DNA of 64,000 nt, taken from NCBI GenBank assembly GCA_035949755.1, contig DASYYT010000092.1, positions 4,619-68,618 of the forward strand, given 5' to 3'. The position numbers and the translations under genes are program-made. Source of the stretch: Candidatus Sulfotelmatobacter sp. Its GTDB lineage: Bacteria > Acidobacteriota > Terriglobia > Terriglobales > Acidobacteriaceae. Every line of letters begins with the position of its first letter. Position 1 is the first letter of the stretch. Below are positions 8,346 to 16,818 of this stretch, piece after piece. The notes beneath the pieces are model-generated. The model searched no databases. It was not told the origin of the DNA and saw only the letters and a program-made list of their open reading frames with translations.

Positions 8346-9308
8346 TTAACCCCCATATTTTCCGATCAGCATGCCGGTGATGAACACCAGCACGCCCCCT
8401 AAGCCTACCTGCAATGCGGCAGAGATCCAGGGCGTATCCATATAACGTTTGCGAACCCAGGTAATCGCTCCAAGCTCCGCCATCACCACCGCGGCTGCTG
8501 CCCACAGCGCCACGTGAAAGTCGGCAATCAGAAACGGAAGGGTGTGACCGATGCCGCCCAGCGCCGTCATCGCACCGCAAATCAAGCCGCGCACCCAGGG
8601 ATGCCCACGCCCCGTAAGGCTGCCATCATCCGAGAGTGCCTCGGCGAAACCCATACTAATGCCCGCACCCGCTGAGGCAGCCAGACCCACCAGAAACGCA
8701 TCCGTGCTTTTCTGCGTAGCAAAGGCCGCGGCAAATACCGGCGCCAGCGTTGATACCGAACCGTCCATCAGCCCGGCCAGCCCCGGCTGCACGATCTGCA
8801 GCACAAACAATCGCCGCTGCGCCACTTCCTCGTCGGCTTTCACATTGTCCGGCAGCTTCTGCTTGTCCAGTTCCTGGGCGCGTTCTTCGTGCTCGCGCTC
8901 CTCCGTGGCCAAATCATCCAATAGTTGGCGGATGCTGGCATCCTGGGTGCGGGCCGCCGCCTTCTCGTAAAAGCGCCGCGTCTCCACCTCCATCGTCGAG
9001 GCTTCTTTGCGCACCGCTTCAATGCGCAGCGGACGCACCAGCCACAAGGCGGGCCGCTCCACAAATCCGCGCACATCTTGGCGGCGAATCAATGGAATGT
9101 GTTCGCCAAATTTCTTTCGGTAAAGTTCCAGCAGCCGCCGCCGGTGTCCCGATTCTTCTTCGCGCATCCCCTCAAACATTGACGCCGTTCCCGGATAGTC
9201 CTGCCGCAACCCTTCCGCGAAATCGGAGTACACTCGCTCGTCCTCTTCCTCCAGAGCGATGGCCAGCGCCAAAACTTCGCGTTCCGTGAGTTCTTCGAAC
9301 TTTTTCAT
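8346..9308 (-). CDS. VIT1/CCC1-family metal transporter with N-terminal ferritin-like (rubrerythrin-like) domain
   Basis: The N-terminal four-helix ExxH-type region includes EEEDERVY and EESGHRRRL. The C-terminal part has glycine-rich VIT1-like TM helices. I chose ATG 9308 (MKKFEELTERE). The longer track ORF would overlap rapZ. Confidence 0.7.
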   Translation of the reverse strand: MKKFEELTEREVLALAIALEEEDERVYSDFAEGLRQDYPGTASMFEGMREEESGHRRRLLELYRKKFGEHIPLIRRQDVRGFVERPALWLVRPLRIEAVRKEASTMEVETRRFYEKAAARTQDASIRQLLDDLATEEREHEERAQELDKQKLPDNVKADEEVAQRRLFVLQIVQPGLAGLMDGSVSTLAPVFAAAFATQKSTDAFLVGLAASAGAGISMGFAEALSDDGSLTGRGHPWVRGLICGAMTALGGIGHTLPFLIADFHVALWAAAAVVMAELGAITWVRKRYMDTPWISAALQVGLGGVLVFITGMLIGKYGG

Positions 9309-9444
9309 GACGCCATAGATTACCTGTCCGAGTGCCGGAGAACAATCTGGATTTCGAGTTTCGCCGGCCGAGAATGGGCCCAGACCGGCGGAACCCCACT
9401 TGGCAATCGCAACCAGGGAGCCCTTCGATGCTACTATCCAGTGG

Positions 9445-10371
9445 ATGAAGGCGCGGCGCTTGTCAGGACGACGGCAGAAGAAGAGGACTGCGACCAAGGC
9501 CGACCGCAGGCGGCAGCGGCCCCCGGAATTGGTCATCATTACCGGGATGAGCGGCTCGGGCAAGGCCTCGGTACTGAAGGCTTTCGAGGATCTCGGCTAT
9601 TACTGCGTCGACAACCTCCCGGTCGAACTGATTCCTCAATTTGCCGAGCTATCGATGCAGTCCAGCGAAATCCGCCGCACCGCCCTGGTCGTGGATGTTC
9701 GCGAAGGCTCCAAGCTGGAACAATTGCCAGGGATCTTGAAGTCGGTGCGGCGCATGATTCCAACCAAGGTCGTGTTCCTTGAGGCGTCCGATGCCGTCCT
9801 ACTCCGCCGGTTCAGCGAGACCCGCCGCCCGCATCCCCTGGGCACCGACAACACCGTAAAATCAGCGCTCAAAGAAGAGCGCCGTCATCTGGGCCGCATT
9901 CGGCGCCTGGCGGATTTCGTTATCGACACTTCGAAGTTCAACGTTCACGAACTTCGGGCTACCATCACGCAGCGGTTTCAGGAACAGTCTTCGGAAAGAA
10001 GCCTGCTTATTTCCTGCGTCAGTTTTGGTTTCAGAGAGGGAGTACCGGAAGATGCCGACCTAGTCTTTGACGTCCGCTTCCTGCCCAACCCGCACTTCGT
10101 CCCCGAGTTTCGCCCGCTCACGGGCCGCGACCCCCGCGTGGCGAAATACATTCGATCCTTTCCCCAGACCCGTGAGTTTATCTCGCGCATTTCTGACCTG
10201 CTGGTGTACCTGATTCCTCACTACATCCACGAAGGCAAGAGCTATCTCACCATTGCCTTCGGCTGCACTGGAGGACAACACCGCTCGGTCATGATCGCCG
10301 AAGACGTGGGCAAGCATCTGCGCCGCGCCGGATACCGCGTCAAGATCGTGCACCGCGACAGCCCCAAGTAG
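9445..10371 (+). CDS. rapZ: RNase adapter / nucleotide-binding protein RapZ
   Basis: P-loop GMSGSGKAS, motif YYCVDNLP and C-terminal GCTGGQHRSV. The start is uncertain: ATG 9445 or an upstream non-ATG at 9400. Confidence 0.85.
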   Translation: MKARRLSGRRQKKRTATKADRRRQRPPELVIITGMSGSGKASVLKAFEDLGYYCVDNLPVELIPQFAELSMQSSEIRRTALVVDVREGSKLEQLPGILKSVRRMIPTKVVFLEASDAVLLRRFSETRRPHPLGTDNTVKSALKEERRHLGRIRRLADFVIDTSKFNVHELRATITQRFQEQSSERSLLISCVSFGFREGVPEDADLVFDVRFLPNPHFVPEFRPLTGRDPRVAKYIRSFPQTREFISRISDLLVYLIPHYIHEGKSYLTIAFGCTGGQHRSVMIAEDVGKHLRRAGYRVKIVHRDSPK

Positions 10372-10552
10372 CCAGTCATCATGACTGCACCTCGCGGGAA
10401 AAAGAGTTCTAGCCTCAGGGTCCTCTGTGGTTAGTCATCCGGAGCCTGAAACCTCACATTTCCAGCGCGCAACTCAAGTAAAATAAGACCTTGCATCGCA
10501 CCTCCATCAGACAGGCAGCCGGCCATCGCAGCCCGCATCGCACAGGAGCCCT

Positions 10553-12397
10553 ATGCGGCAACTGATGCGGCTCGTGCGCTATGTCCTGCCTTTTCTCGCG
10601 CAGCTCTTGGCGGGTGTCATTCTGCTGGCGGGAGTCGGCCTACTCGAAGCGTTCCGCTTGATGTTGCTGAAGCCTGTATTTGATCGCGTGCTCAATCCGG
10701 CGTCCGGCTCTGAAAACATTCTTCTTTTTATCGTTCCAAAGATTGACAAGCCGGTCTATCTGCAGTCCTTCGTACCGTCGATGTTTCACAATGCGTGGAC
10801 GATTGTCGCCTATGCACTGGTGGCTTCCACGGTTCTGAAGGGCATCTTCGACTATCTTGGAACGTACCTCGTGAACCATGCCGGGTTTGGCATGATCACC
10901 AACTTGCGCAATGAGCTCTATGACTCGGTACTTCGTCGCTCGGCGGCATTTTTTCAGAGGCACGCTACTGGTAAGCTGATTTCCACAATTATTAATGACA
11001 TTGAGCGAGTGCAGTTCGCCATGTCTAACGTACTGGCCGAGTTTCTTCAGCAAGTTTTCTCTTTTCTTTTTATTGGGGTTGCCGTCGTCATAATGGGACG
11101 GGACCTGTCCTGGGTGTTGCTCTTGTTTGTTCCCTTCATTGTTTATTCGGCGGTGCGCATTGGCCGGCGCGTCCGCTCGACCACACGCCGAGGCCAAGAT
11201 GACCTCGCCGATGTGCAGAACATTCTCCACGAGACCATCACCGGGAACCGCATCGTCAAAGCGTTCGGCATGGAGTCATGGGAAATTGCTCGATTCCGCA
11301 AGGCTGCCCAGCGGCTCTTCCGCGCTAATCTGCGTTATGTAGCTGCGGCCTCCATCAGTTCTCCGCTAATGGACATTTTCGGCGCGATTGCCATCGCACT
11401 CTTGCTGCTTTTAGGCCGCGAGCGCATTGTGCACAACCAACTGAAGCCCAGCGACTTTCTGGCGTTTGTCGGTCTGGTCCTGAGTATGTACAATCCGGCA
11501 CGCAAATTCGCCGTGTTCAACAACAGTTTTCAGCAGGCCCTCGGCGCATCTTCGCAGCTCTTCAAGTTCATGGACACGGAAGACTCTATCACCGACAAGG
11601 CCGGGGCGAGGGCACTTCCACGGTTTTCCGACAAAATCCGCTTCGAAAATGTCTGCTTCTCCTACCAGTCTGACGGTGAAGATTCGCGCGAGATCCTGCG
11701 CAACATCAACCTGGAGGTGAACCGCGGAGAGATTCTCGCCATTGTCGGCTCCAGCGGCGCAGGCAAGAGCACTCTGGTTCATCTGCTTCCCAGATTCTTC
11801 GACGTCACTTCCGGCCGCATCCTGGTGGACGGCCGGGATATTCGCGACGTAACACTTTCGTCTCTTCGCTCCCAGGTGGGGATCGTTACGCAAGAGACAG
11901 TTCTGTTCAACGATAGCGTTCGGAACAATATTGCTTACGGCCAGCCTCACGTCCCGATGAAACAGGTCGAAGCCGCAGCCCGCGCGGCTCTGGCGCACGA
12001 TTTCATTCTGGCGCTTCCGGCGGGTTACGATACTGTGATCGGAGAGCGCGGCGTGCGGCTCTCCGGCGGCGAACGTCAGCGTCTGGCGATTGCCCGGGCA
12101 CTGCTGAAGAATGCGCCCGTCCTGATCCTGGACGAGGCCACCTCGGCACTCGACAGCGAGTCGGAAGCCCTGGTGCAATCCGCACTGCACAATCTGATGA
12201 GTGGACGCACCGTGTTGGTGATCGCCCATCGCCTGTCCACGGTACGGCGCGCCGACCGGATCGTGGTTATTGAAAACGGCAGCATCGCTGAAACTGGGGC
12301 GCACGAGGACTTGATGAAGGAATTTGGCACTTACCGCCGCTTGTACGAATTGCAGTTCGCCAATGCGGACGCGCCCAAAGTGGTGGCGCAATCTTGA
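10553..12397 (+). CDS. msbA: ABC exporter, MsbA-like lipid A/lipid flippase
   Basis: N-terminal six-TM ABC exporter domain plus an NBD (GSSGAGKST, LSGGERQRLAIARA, ILDEATSALD). SD aggag is upstream. The substrate assignment rests on family resemblance only. Confidence 0.7.
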   Translation: MRQLMRLVRYVLPFLAQLLAGVILLAGVGLLEAFRLMLLKPVFDRVLNPASGSENILLFIVPKIDKPVYLQSFVPSMFHNAWTIVAYALVASTVLKGIFDYLGTYLVNHAGFGMITNLRNELYDSVLRRSAAFFQRHATGKLISTIINDIERVQFAMSNVLAEFLQQVFSFLFIGVAVVIMGRDLSWVLLLFVPFIVYSAVRIGRRVRSTTRRGQDDLADVQNILHETITGNRIVKAFGMESWEIARFRKAAQRLFRANLRYVAAASISSPLMDIFGAIAIALLLLLGRERIVHNQLKPSDFLAFVGLVLSMYNPARKFAVFNNSFQQALGASSQLFKFMDTEDSITDKAGARALPRFSDKIRFENVCFSYQSDGEDSREILRNINLEVNRGEILAIVGSSGAGKSTLVHLLPRFFDVTSGRILVDGRDIRDVTLSSLRSQVGIVTQETVLFNDSVRNNIAYGQPHVPMKQVEAAARAALAHDFILALPAGYDTVIGERGVRLSGGERQRLAIARALLKNAPVLILDEATSALDSESEALVQSALHNLMSGRTVLVIAHRLSTVRRADRIVVIENGSIAETGAHEDLMKEFGTYRRLYELQFANADAPKVVAQS

Positions 12398-12411
12398 AGA
12401 CGCGGAACTCT

Positions 12412-13329
12412 ATGCCCATACGTTCCATGACCGGATTCGCGCAGGTGCGCGGCGAGGTCCAGCACCCCGGCGCCGCGCCCGCCGCCTCAAACGGCCGGCT
12501 CGCGTTTGCCCTTTCCCTGAAGTCGGTCAACCACCGTTTCCTCGATCTGCATTTCCGTCTTCCTTCCGGCACCGACTCTCTCGAGATGCAATTGCGCCGC
12601 ATCCTCAAAGAAAAAATCGCTCGCGGCCACGTCGAGGTTTCCCTCAGCATTGAGCGGACTAGCAGCGAGGCTTTTGCCCTCAACCGCGAACTAGTCAGCG
12701 GATATATCGCAGCATTTCGCGCCGCGGCCAACGAATTCTCGCTGGCCAGCGAACCGGATCTTAATGCGGTTCTACGCATTCCCGGCGCTCTCGATTCTTC
12801 GAGCGAACGTGCTGAGGCCGAAATTGAGCCAGCCGTCCTCGCCAAGGTGGGGGAAGCGATGGACCGTCTCAACCAAATGCGCGAGCAGGAAGGCCGCGGG
12901 ATTGCGAGCGAACTGCGCGAGCGCATGGCCCACTTATCCGAAGCCGGCAAGAGCGTTCACCAGCACCGCCGCGCCGTGCTGCAGAATTACTCCGAGAGGC
13001 TGCATTCCCGTTTGCAGGAGTTGCTCGGGTCTACTGTCGATAAAGAGCGCGTTCTGCAGGAGGCTGCATTGCTGGTCGATCGCAGTGACATCCAGGAAGA
13101 GATCGTGCGCCTCGACACCCACATTCAGCATTTCCTGGGACTGCTCGACGAAGGCGGCGAGATCGGCAAGAAACTCGACTTCCTGCTGCAGGAAATGAAC
13201 CGCGAAGCCAACACCCTACTTTCGAAGACTTCCGGCCTGGCCGGGGAAGCGCTAAAGATTACAGAAGCAGGCTTGGCTATGAAAGCGGAGATTGAAAAAT
13301 CGCGCGAGCAGGTACAAAACCTGGAATGA
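12412..13329 (+). CDS. yicC: YicC-family stress-induced protein (endoribonuclease YicC-like)
   Basis: The N-terminal SMTGFA motif and the C-terminal DUF1732-like region (LLQEMNREANTLLSK) are present. Its stop overlaps the gmk ATG (ATGA). Confidence 0.8.
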   Translation: MPIRSMTGFAQVRGEVQHPGAAPAASNGRLAFALSLKSVNHRFLDLHFRLPSGTDSLEMQLRRILKEKIARGHVEVSLSIERTSSEAFALNRELVSGYIAAFRAAANEFSLASEPDLNAVLRIPGALDSSSERAEAEIEPAVLAKVGEAMDRLNQMREQEGRGIASELRERMAHLSEAGKSVHQHRRAVLQNYSERLHSRLQELLGSTVDKERVLQEAALLVDRSDIQEEIVRLDTHIQHFLGLLDEGGEIGKKLDFLLQEMNREANTLLSKTSGLAGEALKITEAGLAMKAEIEKSREQVQNLE

Positions 13330-14012
13330 GTCCAACCCACAAGCCCATCGTCTACATCATCTCCGCGCCTTCTGGTTCGGGAAAGTCGACTCTCACCAAC
13401 GAACTCCTGAAACTGGTTCCCAATCTCGACTTCTCAAGTTCTTACACGACGCGAGCTCCGCGCGGCAGCGAGCAGAATGGCAAGCACTATCACTTCATTC
13501 ATCCCGAACAATTTCAGCAGATGGTTCTCGCCGACGAGTTTCTTGAGCACGCCACGGTTCACGGAAACTGTTACGGGACAGCGCGGCTCTTTCTGCGCGA
13601 GGCCGAGCGCCAGGGCCACGATCTGCTACTCGATATCGATGTCCAGGGTGCAGCCCAGATCAAGCGCAAGCTGCCGGAGGCTGTCAGCATCTTCGTTCTT
13701 CCTCCCGACCGCAAGACTCTGGAATGGCGGCTGCGCAATCGCAGCGAAGATCCGGAAGATGTGATCCAGCGGCGCCTGATCACGGCCAGCCGCGAGATCG
13801 CCGAATATGACAAGTACGACTACATCCTGATCAACGATAAGCTTGAAGAATCGTGCGAGAACCTGCGCGCCATCGTGCTGGCGGAACGCCTGCGCCGCTG
13901 CGAACAATTGGGATCAGAACAGGAACGTAAAATCGCCGAGCTGGCCGAGTGTTGTAGGCTGGCCAACGTTCGCCACAAGGTCCAACCCATCCTGGATTCC
14001 TTTAGCACTTAA
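13326..14012 (+). CDS. gmk: Guanylate kinase
   Basis: P-loop SAPSGSGKST and motif TTRAPRGSEQNGKHYHF. Sits in the yicC-gmk-rpoZ order. Confidence 0.92.
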   Translation: MSPTHKPIVYIISAPSGSGKSTLTNELLKLVPNLDFSSSYTTRAPRGSEQNGKHYHFIHPEQFQQMVLADEFLEHATVHGNCYGTARLFLREAERQGHDLLLDIDVQGAAQIKRKLPEAVSIFVLPPDRKTLEWRLRNRSEDPEDVIQRRLITASREIAEYDKYDYILINDKLEESCENLRAIVLAERLRRCEQLGSEQERKIAELAECCRLANVRHKVQPILDSFST

Positions 14013-14185
14013 GTGCCCTCGGCAAGCTTATAGATTTCGCGGTATCATTCCATGGGACGCCCGAAAGGGCTGCCGCAACAACCTGGAGCGGGACAAGCCC
14101 GAAAGCTGGTTATGTTCTGCAGTACGCGACATTCGATGCTCGGCACTGATTACTTCAATATCAGTTTTCAAGGGGGAGAGTCCCA

Positions 14186-14419
14186 ATGAAGTTGATCGAA
14201 GGCTTCGACAGCAACTACCGCTACATCTTGGTGGCAGCACGGCGCGCCCGCCAGCTCCAATCTGGTGCCCCGCCGGTCGTCGATACGAATTCCCGCAAGC
14301 CCTGCCGCATCGCGCAAGATGAAATCCGCGCCGGCAAGGTGAAGTGGGAAATTCCGGAAACCCGGTCCGCCGCTGAGCTGGCCGCCGAGAACCTCGACAA
14401 GGCGCTGGGCCAGGATTAG
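14186..14419 (+). CDS. rpoZ: DNA-directed RNA polymerase subunit omega
   Basis: 77 aa with motif NYRYILVAARRARQLQSGA. Lies downstream of gmk. Confidence 0.88.
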   Translation: MKLIEGFDSNYRYILVAARRARQLQSGAPPVVDTNSRKPCRIAQDEIRAGKVKWEIPETRSAAELAAENLDKALGQD

Positions 14420-14506
14420 AGATTGTTGGGTTTGTGATCGAAGATTGTTGATGGCTGTCCGCGCTGGCGGTTTTGAATCGACAATCGAGAATCAACAATC
14501 AAAATT
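14420..14506. repeat. Imperfect inverted repeat built from 8-nt words (GATTGTTG / CAACAATC)
   Basis: The left arm is agattgttgggtttgtgatcgaagattgttgatg. The GC-rich centre is gctgtccgcgctggcgg. The right arm is ttttgaatcgacaatcgagaatcaacaatcaaaat. It spans from the rpoZ stop to 3 nt before the coaBC ATG. Confidence 0.65.
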
Positions 14507-14508
14507 CC

Positions 14509-15726
14509 ATGAAGATAGTACTCGGCGTCACCGGCGGAATTGCAGCGTACAAAACCGCTGAAATCGTCCGCCTGCTGCAGGACCGCGGCCTGCGCGTGCA
14601 GGTCGTAATGACTCGGGCCGCCCAGGAATTCGTACGTCCGCTGACCTTCGCAGCTCTCACCGGAGAAAAAGTCATCACCAGCATGTTCGCGCCCGGGGAC
14701 GGGCAGCAGCCTAACCTCGACTCTGCCATTGAGCACATCGCAGTCGCGCAATCCATCGATGCTCTCGTCGTCGTTCCGGCTACGGCAGACGTCCTCGCGC
14801 AATTCGCGCAGGGAATCGCAAGTGATTTCCTGACCACGCTCTATCTCGCGACCACTGCCCCGGTCATTGTGGCTCCCGCGATGAACGTGAATATGTGGAA
14901 TCATCCCGCCACGCAAGCGAACTTGCAGACTCTACGCCAGCGTGGCGTACAGATCGTGGAACCGGGGGCAGGATACCTGGCCTGCGGAATGACAGGCCCG
15001 GGGCGGCTGGCAGAAAATGAAGCCATTGTCGCCGCCGTGATGGAAGTTCTCGGCGCTACGCAGGATCTGGCTGGCGAAACCGTGTTGATCACCGCCGGCC
15101 CGACCAGGGAAAGGATCGATCCCGTCCGCTATCTCACGAACCGCTCCAGCGGGCGCATGGGATATTCTTTAGCGGAAGCTGCTCTGCGCCGTGGCGCGCA
15201 TGTTCTCCTGGTCAGCGGTCCAACCTCGCTCACCGCGCCCGGCGCTGCTGAGGTTACAAAAGTAGAATCAACCGAAGAAATGCGCGATGCTGTGCTACGC
15301 CTTCTTCCGCACGCCAGTATTGTGATCATGACTGCGGCGGTTTCTGACTACCGTCCTAAAACCGCGTCCTCCCAGAAGATCAAGCGCAAAGGCCCGATGA
15401 ACCTGGAACTGGAAGCGACCCCCGACATCCTGAAAGAGCTTGCGCAGAAAAAGACTTCCCAGGTCATCGTCGGTTTTGCCGCAGAAACGGAAAACGCCCT
15501 CGAAAACGCCCGGCAAAAGCTGGTTTCAAAGAATCTCGACGCGATCGCAGTCAATGATGTGTCGCGCGCGGGCGTCGGCTTCGATTCTGACCGCAACGCC
15601 GTCACTCTCATCACACACGATGAAGTGATCGAAGTTCCCGAAACCACCAAGTGGGAAGTTGCCCAGCGCGTCCTCGACCAGATCGTTCGTCTCCTCCAAA
15701 ATCGGAAGTCGCCAGTGAGAACCTGA
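14509..15726 (+). CDS. coaBC: Bifunctional phosphopantothenoylcysteine decarboxylase / synthetase CoaBC
   Basis: Flavoprotein domain (GVTGGIAAYK) plus CoaB domain (ITAGPTRERIDPVRYLTNRSSGRMG). I chose ATG 14509. Confidence 0.9.
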   Translation: MKIVLGVTGGIAAYKTAEIVRLLQDRGLRVQVVMTRAAQEFVRPLTFAALTGEKVITSMFAPGDGQQPNLDSAIEHIAVAQSIDALVVVPATADVLAQFAQGIASDFLTTLYLATTAPVIVAPAMNVNMWNHPATQANLQTLRQRGVQIVEPGAGYLACGMTGPGRLAENEAIVAAVMEVLGATQDLAGETVLITAGPTRERIDPVRYLTNRSSGRMGYSLAEAALRRGAHVLLVSGPTSLTAPGAAEVTKVESTEEMRDAVLRLLPHASIVIMTAAVSDYRPKTASSQKIKRKGPMNLELEATPDILKELAQKKTSQVIVGFAAETENALENARQKLVSKNLDAIAVNDVSRAGVGFDSDRNAVTLITHDEVIEVPETTKWEVAQRVLDQIVRLLQNRKSPVRT

Positions 15727-15734
15727 TTTTGTCG

Positions 15735-15800
15735 AATGTCATCCTGCGGGAAGTGCGCGGTGCGCGAGCGCACCGCGCACGCATTCGCAGGATCCCTACC
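15735..15800 (+). repeat. REP-like palindromic element (aatgtcatcctg ... caggatccctacc) with a perfect 13-bp GC inner stem
   Basis: Outer inverted repeat atcctgcg / cgcaggat. Inner stem gtgcgcggtgcgc-g-agcgcaccgcgcac. It shares both termini with the copy at 16715-16780. Confidence 0.7.
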
Positions 15801-15839
15801 TTACCTCCCACACCCAACGTATAATTCGTTCCTGAAACT

Positions 15840-16709
15840 GTGCCGCCGATCCAAAATCTCGATCTCCGTCGCGCCCTCGCCGAGCGCATCCGTTACTACA
15901 ATGAACTGGGCATCTATGATTTCTACCAGCGCGAAGGCCGAGGCTACGACACCGCAGTCACCAGCGAAGAGCAAGCAACCGCAACCTTGACGCCCGACCC
16001 TCGAGAGGACATGCCTGTAAAAAAAACCGCCGCAGTTCGCAAGCCCGCTGAAATTGTTTTTCAGGTCGTTACGCCAAAGCCGGAGCAAAACACCACCGAT
16101 CCTGTTGCAGCGCTCAAGCTGATTCGTGAAGACCTGGGTGATTGCACCCGCTGCAAGCTGCACCAGCAGGGCCGCAAGCAGATCGTCTTTGGCGTGGGCA
16201 ATCCGCATGCAGAGTTAATGTTCGTCGGCGAAGGACCCGGCGCCGACGAAGACGCACAGGGAGAACCCTTCGTAGGCCGCGCCGGGCAGTTGCTCAACAA
16301 TATGATCAAAGCCATGGGTCTGCGGCGCGAAGAGGTGTACATCGCGAACGTGGTCAAATGCCGTCCCCCGGGCAATCGCACCCCCGAGCGCGATGAGTGC
16401 GAGACTTGCTCGCCTTTCCTCATGCGCCAGATTGCGGCGATCAAGCCCAAGGTCATCGTTGCCTTGGGCGCGGTTTCTGCCAAGAATCTTTTAGCCATCA
16501 ACGCCCCGATGTCCGAACTTCGCGGCCGCTTCTACGACTTCATGCCCTCGGGCGTCCGCAGCAGCGATCTTTCCTGGCAAGGCGCAAAGCTGGCAGTGAC
16601 CTACCATCCCGCGTTCCTCCTCCGCGATCCGCGCCAGAAAGGCGAAGCCTGGAAAGATCTGCAGATGGTGATGAAGTATCTCGGCCTGAAGCCGAAGAAA
16701 GACGAATAG
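15840..16709 (+). CDS. Uracil-DNA glycosylase, family 4
   Basis: Motifs [24 protein letters not shown] and CTRCKLH, plus later Cys residues typical of the family-4 Fe-S type. The ~100-aa N-terminal extension and the GTG start at 15840 are uncertain. Confidence 0.8.
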   Translation: MPPIQNLDLRRALAERIRYYNELGIYDFYQREGRGYDTAVTSEEQATATLTPDPREDMPVKKTAAVRKPAEIVFQVVTPKPEQNTTDPVAALKLIREDLGDCTRCKLHQQGRKQIVFGVGNPHAELMFVGEGPGADEDAQGEPFVGRAGQLLNNMIKAMGLRREEVYIANVVKCRPPGNRTPERDECETCSPFLMRQIAAIKPKVIVALGAVSAKNLLAINAPMSELRGRFYDFMPSGVRSSDLSWQGAKLAVTYHPAFLLRDPRQKGEAWKDLQMVMKYLGLKPKKDE

Positions 16710-16714
16710 CTGCC

Positions 16715-16780
16715 AATGTCATCTTGAATGAGTCAATCATGAGCGAAGCGAATGACTGACGAAGTCGAAGGATCCCTACC
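16715..16780 (+). repeat. REP-like element, second copy (aatgtcatcttg ... gaaggatccctacc)
   Basis: It has the same 5' (aatgtcatc.tg) and 3' (ggatccctacc) termini as 15735-15800. Its interior (gagcgaagcgaatgactgacgaagtcgaagg) differs. Confidence 0.65.
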
Positions 16781-16818
16781 CATCGTGCACAGGCCGTCGT
16801 AGTTTATCCTTCCAACCA

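Noticed and set aside
8346-9563. N-terminally extended versions of several track ORFs. Examples are 8346-9563, 7300-8316, 20891-21526, 54164-55957 and 40562-41149.
   Set aside because: The extensions start at non-ATG codons, overlap neighbouring genes or repeats, and lack homology. Internal ATGs with an SD and a sensible N-terminus (signal peptide or family start) were preferred.
14052-14189. 45-codon ORF in the gmk-rpoZ spacer whose TGA overlaps the rpoZ ATG (a possible uORF).
   Set aside because: It has no SD, no recognisable product and a composition typical of non-coding sequence. The overlap could be chance. It would need ribosome profiling to be taken seriously.
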